A stretch of DNA of 63,953 nucleotides, filler included, from Octopus bimaculoides (taxonomy: Eukaryota): the NCBI RefSeq assembly GCF_001194135.2. It is 6 parts of 6 records of this genome, joined end to end, with 100 filler letters (N's around TTAATTAATTAA, not from the genome) between each part and the next. Parts side by side here need not be neighbours in the genome. Positions count along the whole stretch, not along the records: positions 23,628 to 37,507 come from NC_068981.1; positions 37,608 to 60,614 come from NC_068997.1; 4 more parts are not named here. The stretch is one strand, 5' to 3'. This document shows, piece after piece, positions 36,301 to 49,559 of this stretch; the stretch's first letter is position 1; each line of letters opens with the position of its first letter. The position numbers and the translations under genes were made by a program. Below the pieces are notes generated by a model. It searched no databases, had not been told where the DNA came from, and saw only the letters and a program-made list of their open reading frames with translations.

Positions 36301-37854
36301 TTATATTCGGAGCTCAAACTCGATGGAAGCAACTTTGACAGTGATTCTTTTGGAGTCAATAGAATAAGTTTTTTGTACAGATTAAATCCTTTAGACGTTT
36401 TCCTAACAATCTTTGGCCTTGTTTAAGAAACAATTATGATTATTTCATTGTTCATGTTAGTATATACAGCGTAGGTGTTAATTTACTGTCCTCTTTGAGA
36501 TCTGATGACTTCACACTGGAAATAATTTTCATACTATATTAACTGCTTCAAACAATACAATTCTGTGTTTGTTACTGATGACTGTTTTTAGCTATAGTTG
36601 TTTAACATAGAACACGCGTTTTATGTAATCCGAGCTAAGAGCTCTTACTATTATTGATATCCCATTTATTCTCATACTTTCCATTCTTTAGAGCTCTCAT
36701 CTAGCAACTGGGTACTTATTCATAGTTTTAAATGTTCTGGTAAGTATTGTGGTCCCCTCGAACACTTGTGTTTTTACTATTATAAGCACAAGACCTGAAA
36801 TGTTTTGGTAGGAGGGGGTCTAGTCGATTACATCAACCCCAAACCTTAACTGGTTCTTATTTCTTTGAGCCGGAAAGGATAAAAGGCAAATTCGATCCGG
36901 CGGAATTTGAACTCAGCCCTCGTGTATTATAAGTTATAAGACATTTGTTTCTCTATCAGCACAGACATCAGAATTGTGTTCTATGATATAATCAATTTTG
37001 ATATTGAAGTTAAATTGGGTGTATGGTTGATTGTTCTCCAAGTAACAGTATTTTTTCTGTCTTCTACCACCACGCTAATATTGATCGCAGTCTTTTAAAT
37101 AGCTGTACTTCTTTAAAGCAAATTTCTGCTGAGTTTTTGAACAGTTACTCGAATGGGTCCTTTTTTCTTCACACCTTTTTCACTGCCAACTCTACAACGC
37201 TTCCCTCTTAAATTCTCTTTTTTTCTTAAAATTTCATGATGTGATATATTTTTTATCATTTATAGTCTCTTTCCAGTTGTTCATATTGTTAGTTCTATTA
37301 GATGTTACAAACTTGAATATTATTTCCTCAATATTTATAAGTTATTCTGAATTTCTTTTCATTGTTTAACAACAACAGATATCTTTTGTCACCTTTTCTG
37401 ACAATTTAACAACATTTCACATTAGATCATGGATAAAGGCTTCCAGAAAAAAAAATTAAGAAAATTAATAATAACAATGATAATAATAATAATAATAATA
37501 ATAATAANNNNNNNNNNNNNNNNNNNNNNNNNNNNNNNNNNNNNNNNNNNNTTAATTAATTAANNNNNNNNNNNNNNNNNNNNNNNNNNNNNNNNNNNNN
37601 NNNNNNNTACATTGTGATTTCTGCAATGTGGTGCATAAATTGTCAAGTAAATGAGACGCATCTTTGCCTCCACTGATTCACTTGCAAAGTGTTGAGTAAA
37701 ATTATTTCGTTGCAGACCTCCTTTGGGTCTTTTTATTATCACTGCGACACACATAGTCCCCAGTTGGTAACATTGATTTCAAGGCCCTTCTAGATGAGAG
37801 ACTGGCATTCCACTTAATGTCTATGTTCCATGCTGGCATGGATTGGAGAGTTAT

Positions 37855-37969
37855 TTAATGTAGAAATATGGTATCGTAGCTACTAACAGTTGAGGGTTGT
37901 GTAGTCTAGACAGCGTTTTTAGATTTCATTATTCTCTTTAACCCGGGCAAAGCCGGGTATTTCTGCTAG
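37855..37969 (+). mobile_element. Helitron 3' terminus
   Basis: Hairpin ACCCGG-GCAAAG-CCGGGT (37941-37958), then CTAG (37966-37969) and a T: the canonical Helitron 3' signature. The 5' extent is uncertain. Confidence 0.75.
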
Positions 37970-38746
37970 TATATTATAAAATAAGTGCAGGAAAATTACA
38001 TCGAAAGATTATCACAGATGTAAGTCCAAAATAATATTGTATTAATAGATAGATGTATAAATATATAAAGTATGATTATTTAAAAGGTTTAAAAGTTTAA
38101 AATATCTTAGGATTGTTCCGTGAATGTATTATCCTCATAAATGGAATCTAGATTTGATAATCCTTATCAGGTAATACATCCACTCGTCAGAGAATAAGAG
38201 GGTGAATTTCTGTGTAGTCAATTGAATGCTATTTTAAAATTAATGAAAAAGATGTTTGAAAATATTGTTTAAAAGTTATTGTCAGAAATATGTGTTTGTA
38301 CAATCTTGCGCTAAAAATTTTGAAGGAAAAATATACATCCGTGGTAAAATCCTCTGCGGTAATCCATAATGGCTGTTTGTAATATAAATCCGATAATTCA
38401 GTTCTCTTCAATATGTAATCCATGAATGCAGAAAATAAAAGTAATTAAATTTTTGCCTTTTATAGTCATTGTTATATTTTATGCAAGATGTCATTGTTAT
38501 ATCTTATGCAAATGTAAAAATCAGTTTGTTGTACATTAGAGGTTATACAGGTTCAAATTTCAAGAAGACCTTTCTAGCATTCATCCAATGAAGAATTTGT
38601 TATGTGAATATGTGTATGCTCAAAATAATTTTCATTTAATTTTCTTTTTTTCTTACTTGTAAGCATCCTACTATTATTATGATGCCACTATATGAAAAAT
38701 GATAAAAATAAGATATTAGTGTGACTCTTTACTTGATCTCTTACAG

Positions 38747-38787
38747 TGTTTAAAAGTTTTATAGAACCTACGTCTACATGTGGATAA
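38747..38787 (+). CDS. Candidate last coding exon of the MYND gene (exon 38747-38799, stop inside)
   Basis: Acceptor CTCTTACAG|TG and donor CTG|GTAAGT at 38800. The phase-1 frame reads (V)FKSFIEPTSTCG*. AT-rich UTR-like sequence follows. Linkage across a 15.6-kb intron is inferred only. Confidence 0.3.
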
Positions 38788-39371
38788 TGCTTCCGACTGG
38801 TAAGTAATTAAATTATTTTGTTTATATAATAATATGTATAGCGATTCCTTTGTACAAAGACGGTAGATAGAAGATTTATGTGTATATGGTGTAGCTGATT
38901 CAATGATTGACCAGGATAATTTAAAGTTAACTTTTTTTGTTAGAGTTTATGTATATATGTAGCCAATGAAATAGTGTTACTTGTTACATTTGGTTTAAAT
39001 GAATGTATATGTGCTAAAAATCTTTGCTTAAAGTTAATAGAGCTCCCTATATATATATACCATACTGTGTGAGTATTCAGCTTTTGTAACAATGCATTTA
39101 TATATCATGTTGAACCTTCTACATTTGCTTTCTAAAGGACATGATTTTTTATTTGTACATGTGCAATATTTAGTTGTATATTTCTGTTCTGTGGTACAAT
39201 ATTTAATACTATTATTATTATTATTATTTGTTATGGTCCGTGGTGTTATATTCTAAACCTTTTAAATAATCATACTTTATATATGTATACATCTATCTTT
39301 TAATACAATATCATTTTGGACTATTATCTTCTGTGATAATTTTTTGATGTAATTTTCCTGCCTTTATTTTA

Positions 39372-39415
<44 letters not shown>

Positions 39416-41199
39416 AAATCTGTGTATGTGTGTGTGTTTGTATATTCTTAACTGAAGAACAAGAAGACTACAGTTAAATAAAATATTCAATGGATTTTAA
39501 ATGTCTATTATAAATTTATTTACTGAGGTTACTGACCTTACAGCTATGTAGATATTTCAACACTTATGCGCGCGCGTGTGTGTGTGTTTGTGTGCATACA
39601 TAGGCATATTTGTGTGTTCATGTTTGTACATTTAGTTCATTAACCCTTCAAATGCAAAATCAAATTTCATGGCTGTTCCAGTAACAGGATTGGTATTTTC
39701 TACAAGTCATGTTGCCTCATTAAACTCAACAGATATCAATGGAACTAGTTTTTATTAAGTACAGAGTATAAAAAAAAGTACATTATGGACTAAGAAAAAG
39801 AAAAAAAGCAGTGAATCACTTTAATGAGAATTTTGTGCCTGGTGACTACAGCACTACATGTAGTTCTGAAGGAGATTCAGCCTGACACAGAATGACAAGG
39901 CTGGTCCTTTGAACTACAGGTACCACTCATTTTTGCCAGCTGAGCGGACTGGAGCAACGTGAAATATAGTGTCTTGCTCAAGGACACAACACACCACTGG
40001 AAATTGAACTCGCAATCGTAAGATTGCGAGCTGAACAGGCTAACCATTGAACCAAGTGCCTTCATTTTCATGGTACATGAGACAAAAAAAAAAAAAAGGA
40101 AGAGAAACATTAACATATCATTATGAGTTTATCCTGGTTGGTGACTTTAATGGACATGTTTAGCAAAGCCATGATGGTACTCTGGCATACATGAAGAAAG
40201 TGGATATGGAATAAGAAAGAGGGGATAGTATGGAAGAAGGATCAAGGCTCTTGGAGTTCTGTGATGTAAATTAGCTAACTGATTGTAGCATTAACATCAA
40301 GAGACAGGTTAAGGAACCAGAATTGACAAGATGGTTGCTAATGTGAATACTTGCCCTGACAAAGTTTATACCATTCAACAGAGATCAGTGTTTCTCAAAG
40401 CGAGGCACATATCCCTTTGGTTGGGCACGGAACTTCAGAATGGAGTGTAAGTTACGAGTGAATAAAAATTACAATAAAATTGTTATTATAACTTATTTTG
40501 AATATATGTATATATCTATATTCCTCCCTGTGAAATCTTGTATCCCTGCTGTAAGGCTTTACTTCCACACACGCCAGCTTAATTTAATTCGTCCTTAGTT
40601 GAAAGACACCTGTTGTTATGTCCTGTTATTTGTATTTGTGTAACTTCCTCCATTTTTTCCGTCCTTATTTTTGTATACATTCGCTGCTTTCTTCCAAGGA
40701 ATCTAATACTCTTAGCTTAGTTTTTCCTTGGGGCTGGCTAGATTGGAGCAATCTCGAGTATAACCAGCCAAAATTGAAAAGATAATCTGGAACTCGACTG
40801 AGGAAAGAAAACTCCGAATGACCTGTCCTTGTTTTCTTTGTATCGTCTATGTGGATGTTTTGTTGTCCCTTTCCTGTATTACCTAACTGTCTGGATGTTT
40901 TGCATTCTTGTCCCATTTTGTATTTTTTATATATAAAACATATAGCAGCGTACATACACTTTGGTCTATATATATATATATATACACACACACACATGTA
41001 TATATATATATATATATATATATTGTGTTTGTGTCTGTGTTTGTCCCCATCACCACCACCACCATTGCTTGACAACCAATGTTGGTGTGTTTATGTCTCT
41101 GTAACTTAGCAGTTAAATCATGGCCACATTCAAATGGCTGAAACAAGTAAAAGAATATATTATATACTAACTTTGTCCATAGTGGGTGCATTATCTTTT

Positions 41200-43130
41200 T
41201 CTTGGAACATCAGAAAGGGACACGAGATGAAACAAAAATTAGAGAAACATGAACGTAAACTAATAATAAGGGGCTTCAAAGTAAGAGTTAAACACCCATA
41301 CAAGCTGGAGAAAGATGGTATGGAATGTGAAAGATCTCGCTGCTAGACGTAGGTTTAGCTTGAAGTTCTAAGAAATGAGTGTATTAAAAAGGAGAGAGAG
41401 AGACCTATGACATGTAGAACAACTGGAGCTTTCTGAGACAATTTGTTGTAATCCACAGAGCAATTTGTGGTTGGAGCCAAGCAGAAGATGTGGTGATGGA
41501 ATGGTGCAGTGAATAGAGTCATAAAAGCTAAGAAACAAACTTGAAAAGATTGAAAAAAGAGTGGGAGGGAAGAGTATCTGAAGAGAAGCCAGATGTTAGG
41601 CAGACATAGCATAAAACCAAGCGAAAAGTAAGTTTTGCCAATGCTCTGTGATGAAAGGATGAGAAGCATGGTGCTCTGGATTGCAAAGTAGTTTATCAAG
41701 ATGTTATTTGTGTAAAGTATGTTTAGCATGACAGCAGCAACACGTTTACCTTCATTGATGCCAAAAAAACAAAATGACCTGGGTATGTTACTACAGACGA
41801 ATGTGGAGAATGCATGCAAAAGAAAGAGTCTGACTCAGGTAGGCCTGACAGAAGGACAAGATATTGATGTTGACGACCATACGGTCAGTCACAAGTGCAA
41901 TTATGGACATGAAAGCAAAGGAAGCAGATGGACCATTAAGAATAGTTGCTAAGGGGCGGAAAATAAAATATCTGGCATAATGGAAATACATGCCAGTCAC
42001 TTGCATAGTCACTACATGGGAAAAGGAAATGACCGAGAAAGAAGCCGAAACAAAGGACCAAGTTATGAAAGTAGCATAAATAGTTGTAACACAATGGATT
42101 AGGAAAAAAACTTATCAATGGAACAATTGCAAGTTCTTAGTTAAGAGTAAGTCATTCAACCTAACATTTGTTGATCTGAAGAAAGGCTTTGAGAGGGTAC
42201 TTCAATACTTCAGTACCTGATGAGCTTTTAGAAAACAAATGATGAATGGCTTGTGAGATATGTGCAAGCCATGTATAGAAATGCTGCCAAGAAGATAGAA
42301 ATTAACAATGAATTCATTGAGGAATTTCGCATGCAGAGAGACATTCACCAGGGCTTGGTTCTCAGCTTCTTACTGTTTATTAAAAGCCTCCAGGCCATAA
42401 CAGAAGTTTGAGATTGCCTGCCTATGGGAACTCATGCATTACAGTGACCTAATTCTCAGCTCTCTCCAGTTTATCATAGTTCTTCAGGTCATAACAAAGG
42501 AGCTTAACACTGCTTGTCTATGGGAACTCCGGTATTGTGATGACCTAGTTCTCATCTGTTGAAGATTTAGAGATGAAATTCCAGGTGTTGCAGTGAAATA
42601 TAGAATTTTGAAAGGCCTCAAAATGAACAACAAAAACAAAGGTTTTAAGTAAACAGGAAAATAGAAAGGACTTTTAAACTGTTGGAAATGTGACTATGCT
42701 GACAATCAAGAAGAAAAGAACAGGTACAAATTCCATATGATGGATCCAATGGAAACTATGGATATATAAACAAGAGTGTAGCAGGATCACAGGTAGGCTG
42801 ACAGAAGAGCAAGAATTTGTTAATAGCAGATGCACAGGAGTAGTTAGTGGTAAGAGCACCTGTAAGAGTAAATTCTTTCAAACACTTTTCATACCTACAT
42901 GACCTAATTAGCAGCGGGTATGGGTGCTCTGAACGCAGAGCAGCTAGAGTAAAGAACAGGGTGCAAATATACCCAACAAGCTATATATCTCTCCTTGCAA
43001 CAGAAGGATACTCGCTTCAAGTGAAGGGCAAAATGTACGATGTTTGTGTACAAGTGTGATGATGTTGCATGTTGGTGAACCATGGACACTAAATGCGAAG
43101 GGTGTGTGGAGGGTGCAAACAAATAAAGTG
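41200..43130 (+). mobile_element. RTE LINE relic spanning linker and RT domain
   Basis: Heavily frameshifted: WWN..V, TFVDLKKGFERV, EWLVRYVQAMYRNA, GDIHQGLVLS.LLF, PWEL..DDLVL, SGYGCSE..AARV. Confidence 0.8.
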
Positions 43131-43424
43131 ATCATGTACTTTGTTTACATCCCCATAATTTAAGCAAAAGGGAATGATAGAATAAATCCCAAATTTAAGA
43201 AAAAGAAACCAACAAAAAAAAGACCCATAAGTCCTGGGGCTGATTTGTTTGACTAAAACCCTTCAAAGTGGAGCCTCAGCATCGCCACAGTCTGATGAAT
43301 GAAACAAATGAAAGATAAAGATACTGTCTTAAGTGAGTATGGATGTGAGAATAAGTCGGGTCCTGTCTTGTAGGCATGTAGAGAGAATGAGAGAGGTATA
43401 TTCTGAAATGTTAGGGTTTCTTAA

Positions 43425-43662
43425 CCACTCAGCATTTAAACTGGCCATCACTGGCCCAAATATTTCACTTGTTTCAGGTTTAAACCAGTTAAACCCAACC
43501 TCTCACATCTACCCTATGATGTTTTACTAAAAAAAAAAAAAATAAATAAAATAAACAATCACATCACCAAAGTTTAGAAGCTATGAGATAGCTCGTGATT
43601 AATTCAAAATAATGTGAATATATGAGCATTACTTTTGAAAGAGTAATTTGTGTGCCAAAGGG
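43425..43662. mobile_element. piggyBac-type MITE flanked by TTAA
   Basis: TTAA|CCACTCAGCATTTAAA...TGTGCCAAAGGG|TTAA, 238 bp. About 200 bp is the reverse-complement homologue of 11420-11624. Confidence 0.8.
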
Positions 43663-44527
43663 TTAAATAAAATTGATTTCTAACAGACAAATTGTAACAA
43701 ACTTTGGATAGAGGAATGTACAATCAACAATCAATTATATTGATCTTCTCCTTGCAATACTTGATTGGTAATTATTTCATCGACCTTAAATGAATGAAAG
43801 GCAAAGTTGACCTCACCAGTCAGCTATGGAATGGAGCTAGTTGATAATTTCATTGATTGACATTTTATAGCTCTATAACTGAAATAGCTGAGTGGCTAAG
43901 GTACTGGACTACCAGTTGAAGAGTCACAAGTTCAAATCCAATGTCGGTATCTTCTTGCATATCTAGACAGAACACAGTATTTTACATCACTATTCTTCAC
44001 CAAATGGTGTGTGTGTGGATAGGTGTGTTGTCAGGTCTTTTGAGAATGTACTTACTCTCTATCACAGAATGATATTGTCCATGTGGCGAAATTATCTTAC
44101 ACAATATCACAGAAACTGGAGCTGCTGTCTAATAAAACCACCTTTATGTCCAGAGCTGCCCCAATAGCTAGCAAAGAACAGACTCATTACCTGAACTCCC
44201 TTGTAGATCACCATTTACTTTTTAATTAATTTAAATTGTGGTGTTCTCTACCATACACCTTTCTACTATAGGCACAAGGCCTAAAATTTTGGAGGAAGGG
44301 GCCAGCCAATTAGATTGACCCCAGTATGCAACTAGTACTTAATTTATCAATCCCGAAAGGATGAAAGGTAAAGTTGACCTCGGAGGAATTTGAACTCAGA
44401 ATGTAAGGGCAGATGAAATACAGCTAAGCATTTTGCCTGGTGTGCTAATGATCCTGCCAGCTCACCACCTTAAATAACGATAATAATAATAGACTTCAAA
44501 ATATGAATAGATAAAACCAAATGTGCG

Positions 44528-44582
<55 letters not shown>

Positions 44583-44902
44583 TAATATTTCATTTAGGTA
44601 TAATGATACTAACAACCTGGTGTTAGAACTCAATATACATATGCTTCAGAGAAAAGCATTAGTTGAGTACAGAGTGTAATAAGAAATCAAATAAATGACA
44701 AAGGAACAAGAAATAATGTAATGAACTTCAATAGCTTACAGTGGTTTCTGCTATAAGATGCAGTGCACTCATAGTTCATAGATCAGTGCTTGTATATTAC
44801 CTCATAGCTTTGCCTATTTTCTCCTAACTACCGTTACTCTTTATTCTTCTATTTTATTCCTTGTATACTGTAAATTTTCCCTGTCTAAAATATTCATACC
44901 TT

Positions 44903-44978
44903 GTCTCTGATGATGGAATACCCAGTGCATGGACATACTAACCTACCACTTGGGTTATCCCAGAAACAGCTGTAAGAC
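44903..44978 (+). ncRNA. Type I hammerhead ribozyme motif (near complete)
   Basis: GTCT-CTGATGA-(long stem II TGGAATACCCAGTG/CACTTGGGTTATCCCA)-GAAA-CAGCTG-TA-AGAC. Full catalytic core, 4-bp stem I GTCT/AGAC, palindromic stem III ACAGCTGT, GUA cleavage triplet. Confidence 0.75.
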
Positions 44979-44990
44979 TTCAACTTCATC

Positions 44991-45239
44991 TTACCCTGTT
45001 AGGGAAATTGTCCAGTTAGGGAAATTGTCATTCATCCAGTCTCTTACCACCATGGCAAAATGGGCAGGGACGCCATCCTGTTGAAACCACTCAGAAAGTC
45101 CTTCACCTAGCCTTTCAAGCTGGGGCATTAATTGGTCTCTCAACATGGTGAGGTAAGTCTCACCAGTTACATGTTCATTGAAGTAAAATGGCCCCGACAC
45201 ATAAGATTTCCTATGCGTCCAGACTTAAGGGACATCCTG
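44991..45239 (-). mobile_element. Internally deleted DD40/41D-family fragment with one TIR
   Basis: GPFYFNEHVTGETYLTMLRDQLMPQLERLGEGLSEWFQQDGVPAHF is clearly homologous to 9000-9180. Its TIR TA|CAGGATGTCCCTTAAGTCTG resembles the 9525 end. Confidence 0.85.
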
Positions 45240-45575
45240 TATATAAGTATAATAGAATAAACTATGAACAAGCAGTTTGCAAGGCATCAAACCATTCAAA
45301 AATTTGTATAATATTTACACAGAAGAGAGAACAAACATGTATAACTGTAGCTGGGAAACAAGAAAATCTGGTGTGTGTGTTGGAGGTAACAGTTCATGGT
45401 GATTCGGCATACAGATGCAGGAATGTCATGCAGTAATGGAATTGGTGAGACGGAGAAGAATTTAAGTGCAAGTGATCCTTTGTGATTTGCTGATTCAAGC
45501 CATATAGGTTACGTAAAATCCATGAGATCATTGCTGAAAACCTTGCAAATAATGGACGGGAAAGTGTATACTATA

Positions 45576-45735
45576 CAAGGTGGGTGTTGAAAAGTTCCTG
45601 GCTTTGGGTAAAAGAAAATACAGGAAGATCAGTTAATTATGGTTCTATGCAACATATTCTTCTCTCAGAGTCACACACTTATTGCAGAGGTCCTTCAGTC
45701 TTCCTAAGCCCTATAAAAGAACTTGGGAGGTTGGG
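45576..45735 (-). mobile_element. Mariner 3' end fragment
   Basis: TA|CAAGGTGGGTGTTGAAAAGTTCCTGG TIR. Minus peptide GLGRLKDLCNKCVTLREEYV resembles a mariner C-terminus. Confidence 0.65.
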
Positions 45736-46006
45736 CCTCCAACCAGGCCTTTCGCAATATCCTTAAAACAGACACAGACACAAAGATATGTATGTATGTA
45801 TGTATGTATCTATCTATCTACCTATATACAAAGGGCTTCTTTCAGTTTCCATCTACCAAATCAACTCACATGCCTTTGGTTTTCCTGTGGCGGCAGTAGG
45901 TGTCACGCAGTGGGACTGAACCCAGAACCATGTCGTTGGGAAGCAAACTTTTCACAACATAGCCATACCTTCGCTTATATATAATATATATATATACACA
46001 CACATA

Positions 46007-46044
<38 letters not shown>

Positions 46045-46988
46045 TATATATATACACATATATATATATATATATATATATACACACGCACAAACATATA
46101 TATATATACACACAAACATACAGCAACATATATAGATGTCAGTTTCAGTGATAAATATTCAGTTGTCTAATCAATTGATCTGCTTGCTAATTAAAGTAGT
46201 GTACATGTGGCTGAGTATTCCACAGAAGACATGTGGCTGAGATATACACAGAATCATCATGATGAATGTGTGTAACAAGGTTAGATAGACCTTTAAATTA
46301 TACCTATAGTTCATCTGATAGACTTCTGAGCAGTTTCTGTGTACACAATACCCCTTACAAAGGTGGGGGGGGGGGTTGATCTGAGTCCATGGTAAAAAAA
46401 AAAAAAAACAGGATCGCTGACCCAAGATGCCAAGCAGTGGAACTGAATCCAATATCTAGTTCATTGCAAAAGTTAAGTTCTTAACCATTCAGCCATACAG
46501 TGAGTGTTATTATATAATATATGATAGAGAACAAAACTGTACAGCAGAAACATGATATTTGCAGTCAGATAGGAATGGGAGTGAGCAGCATAGTTAAGTC
46601 TGTTAGGGTGCAGTGGAACCTCTGAGAGAGTGAGAGAGGGAAATAGAAAGAGAGAGAGAGAGTGAGAGAAAAAGAGAGGTTTACTACTCTGGCATCTCTT
46701 TCTCTCTCACACATTTATAAATGGTTATATTTCTCTATATTTAATCTATATTTTTTTTACAGATCTCTCTCTCTCGCTATACAACACCCCTCACCCTTAC
46801 TCTATTCAACTCCTATTCTCATCATGTATTGTTTTTCCTATTTCTCCTCTCATATGAAATGTGTGTGTGTGTGTGTGTGTGTGCAAGTGTGTGTATAAGG
46901 AAGTTTTCTTAGCAGTGACTCTCTATATGTATGTGCATGTGTGTGTATGTGTGTGTGTATATATATATATATATGTATATACATATAC

Positions 46989-47030
<42 letters not shown>

Positions 47031-47397
47031 ATGTACATATTGCTCAAAATGGAAAGTAGATAGACAGTCGACAACTGATGAAGGGTCATTCTTTGTATTA
47101 CTTGTCCTTTTTTTCTCTCTCTCGTTATTTGCGTATTTCATTCATTAGTTTTCGTATTTCATGTTGTTTACTGTTGGTGATGTCCTGTACCCATATATGC
47201 ATAAACAAACATACATACATACATACATATATATATATGTTATTTATATTATACATACATATATATGTACGTATTTCTATACACACACACACTCACACAG
47301 TTACTTATTTACCTATCTATTCATATATCCAATCTATCTACGTAATTTATCTGCCTGTTTATCAGTCCACCTAATCTACCAACAANNNNNNNNNNTC

Positions 47398-47633
47398 ACC
47401 GTGGCTTTCTCTCACTCTTACTTCCTGTTTCTCTTGTGCCTGTAATTCAAAGGGTCAGCCTTGTCACAGTGTGTCACGCTGAATATCCCCGAGAACTACA
47501 TTAAGGGTACACATGTCTGTGGAGTGCTCAGCCACTTGCACGTTAATTTCACGAGCAGGCTGTTCCGTTGATCGGATCAACTGGAACCCTCGACGTGGTA
47601 AGCGACGGAGTGCCAACAACAACAACAACAACA
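47398..47633 (+). mobile_element. SINE family C 3' half with (AAC)n tail
   Basis: Matches 3720-3905 and ends GAGTGCCAACAACAACAACAAC. Confidence 0.8.
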
Positions 47634-48429
47634 TGTAGGATAGATGGGAAAGGTCAGATTAGACTGGTTTAAACATAATAAAACAGGTAGAATATTTGGA
47701 CCAGATATGGCTATTTTAAATGCTAAAGGGTTAAAAATATTAGCCGCCCTCATTTTATATCAGATAACTTGGACAGGTTTTGGTTAGCATTGCACCAAGT
47801 CATGTCTCATTAAATAACTCATATTTTTGAGAAACATAGCCTACTGCAGTGAGAGGTTGCTGTTAGTTGAAACATATCCAGGTGTTTGTGATTTGTTTGG
47901 TATTCCTTGGAGGAATTTGTTTGGATACCATGGAAGAATTTGGGTACTGTCTGAAGTTTAAAGGTTAAAAGGCTCTTTTTCCTCCTTTTTTCTTTCCTAT
48001 TTCTGGAGAGAGAAGTCCAATGTAATCGGTGAGATCAAATAGATTAAAGTTCCTCTTTAACAGTTGTAAGTTAACAAGAAAAACAATAACCAAGAAAGAT
48101 ATGCAAGGAAAGAATTTCCGAAGAACAGAGGTTCCTACAATAGTTCGTGATAGGAAGGAGAAAGAAAGAGAGAGGGGGAGAGATGGAGAGAGAGACAGCA
48201 GCATGTTTGAGTACCAGAGATTGGACTATGCATGTGTGTGTTGTGAGGAAGAGCATACAAATCAATTGGGTGACATTTCCATGGGTGCAGTTTAGGACAG
48301 CTGTACATGAAATTTAGTATTTTGCTGAAGAACATAATGCACTGCCCAGTCTGGCAATCAAAGCCATGGTCTTGCGAGTGTGAATGCATCACCCAACCCA
48401 TAAGGCCATGCACTTTTACTCCAGTAAGA

Positions 48430-49265
48430 ACTGGTAATCTAAGGAGTTCACAAGGTACTGCCTTGACAGGGTTCCCCACTCTCTTATCTGGAGGTCAATG
48501 CAGAAGCTTGCGATAGACGAGTGGTTGGTGAGAGTCATACAAACCATGTACAGGGACACTGTCAGTAAGGTGAGGGCTGGCAAAGAGTATGGCAATGAAT
48601 TCAGTGTACAAGTGGGAGTATGGCAATGAATTCAGTTCTCAGCCCCGTCTAATTCATCATAATTCTCTAGGTTATAACAGAAGAATTTAAGATGGGATGC
48701 CCGTGGGGGCTCCTCTATGCTGACGACCTTGTTCTTGTAGCTGAATCACTCCAAGAACTAGAGAGCATCTTGAGAGAAAAACTGGGTATAAGAGGCATCA
48801 GATGTGGTGTGCAAGAGAGAAGACTGCCCTGGTATGGTCATGTGATGCATATGGATGAGGACAGCTGTGTAAAGAAGTTCCAATTTCTAACTGTGGAGGG
48901 AACCTGTGGAAGAGGTAGATTCAGGAAGACATGGGACGAGGTGGTGAAGCATGAGCTACGGATGTTGAATCACACAGAGGTGATGACAAGTGTCTGAGAC
49001 CTCTGGCGATTCACTGTGCTTGAGAAGACACACCAAGCCATTGTAGTTGTGGCCAGTGCTGGTGACATCTAAAAGGTGCCTATACAGGTAACGCATAAAA
49101 GGCAACCACTACACTCTTAGAGTGGTTGGTGTTAGGAAGGGCATCCAGCCATAGAAATGAAGCCAAACCAGACTGGAGCCTAGTACAGCTCTCTGGCTTA
49201 CAAGTTCCAGTCAAACCATCTGACCCATACCAGCATGGAAAACAGATGCTAAATGATGATGATGA
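48430..49265 (+). mobile_element. RTE LINE, internally deleted 3' portion with UTR and (GAT)n tail
   Basis: DRVPHSLIWRSMQKLAIDEWLVRVIQTMYRD, GCPWGLLYADDLVLVAES, RRLPWYGHVMHMDEDSCVKK..GRGRFRKTWDEVVK; tail AAATGATGATGATGAT. Confidence 0.9.
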
Positions 49266-49559
49266 TAATGTTATACCTTAAAATATTCCTTTTCCTGTTC
49301 CCAAGCTTTTCACTCTCTGTACCTTAACTTTTTAGAAAATCTGCTATTTCTGAGCATTTCAGAAGGTGTCAAGGATACCTGTTTACTAAGATTGTTGATT
49401 AAGTTTCTTGGTATGCTAAGTAGCTGTTTTGATTGCATGTCTATGCATTCCAATTCCTCTTTCAGTTTCTGATATGTTCTAAAACTATTGCTGTTTAGTC
49501 TTAAGGTTGTGCATCTAGAAAATTAATGTTGATATGATGAGCATCTACAATAATTAGCA

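Noticed and set aside
40780-40835. CTGAGGA..stem..CCGAAT hammerhead-like string inside an unclassified interspersed repeat (about 40520-40935)
   Set aside because: GAAT instead of GAAA, and I could not build a consistent stem III/NUH/stem I; not reportable without a family consensus.
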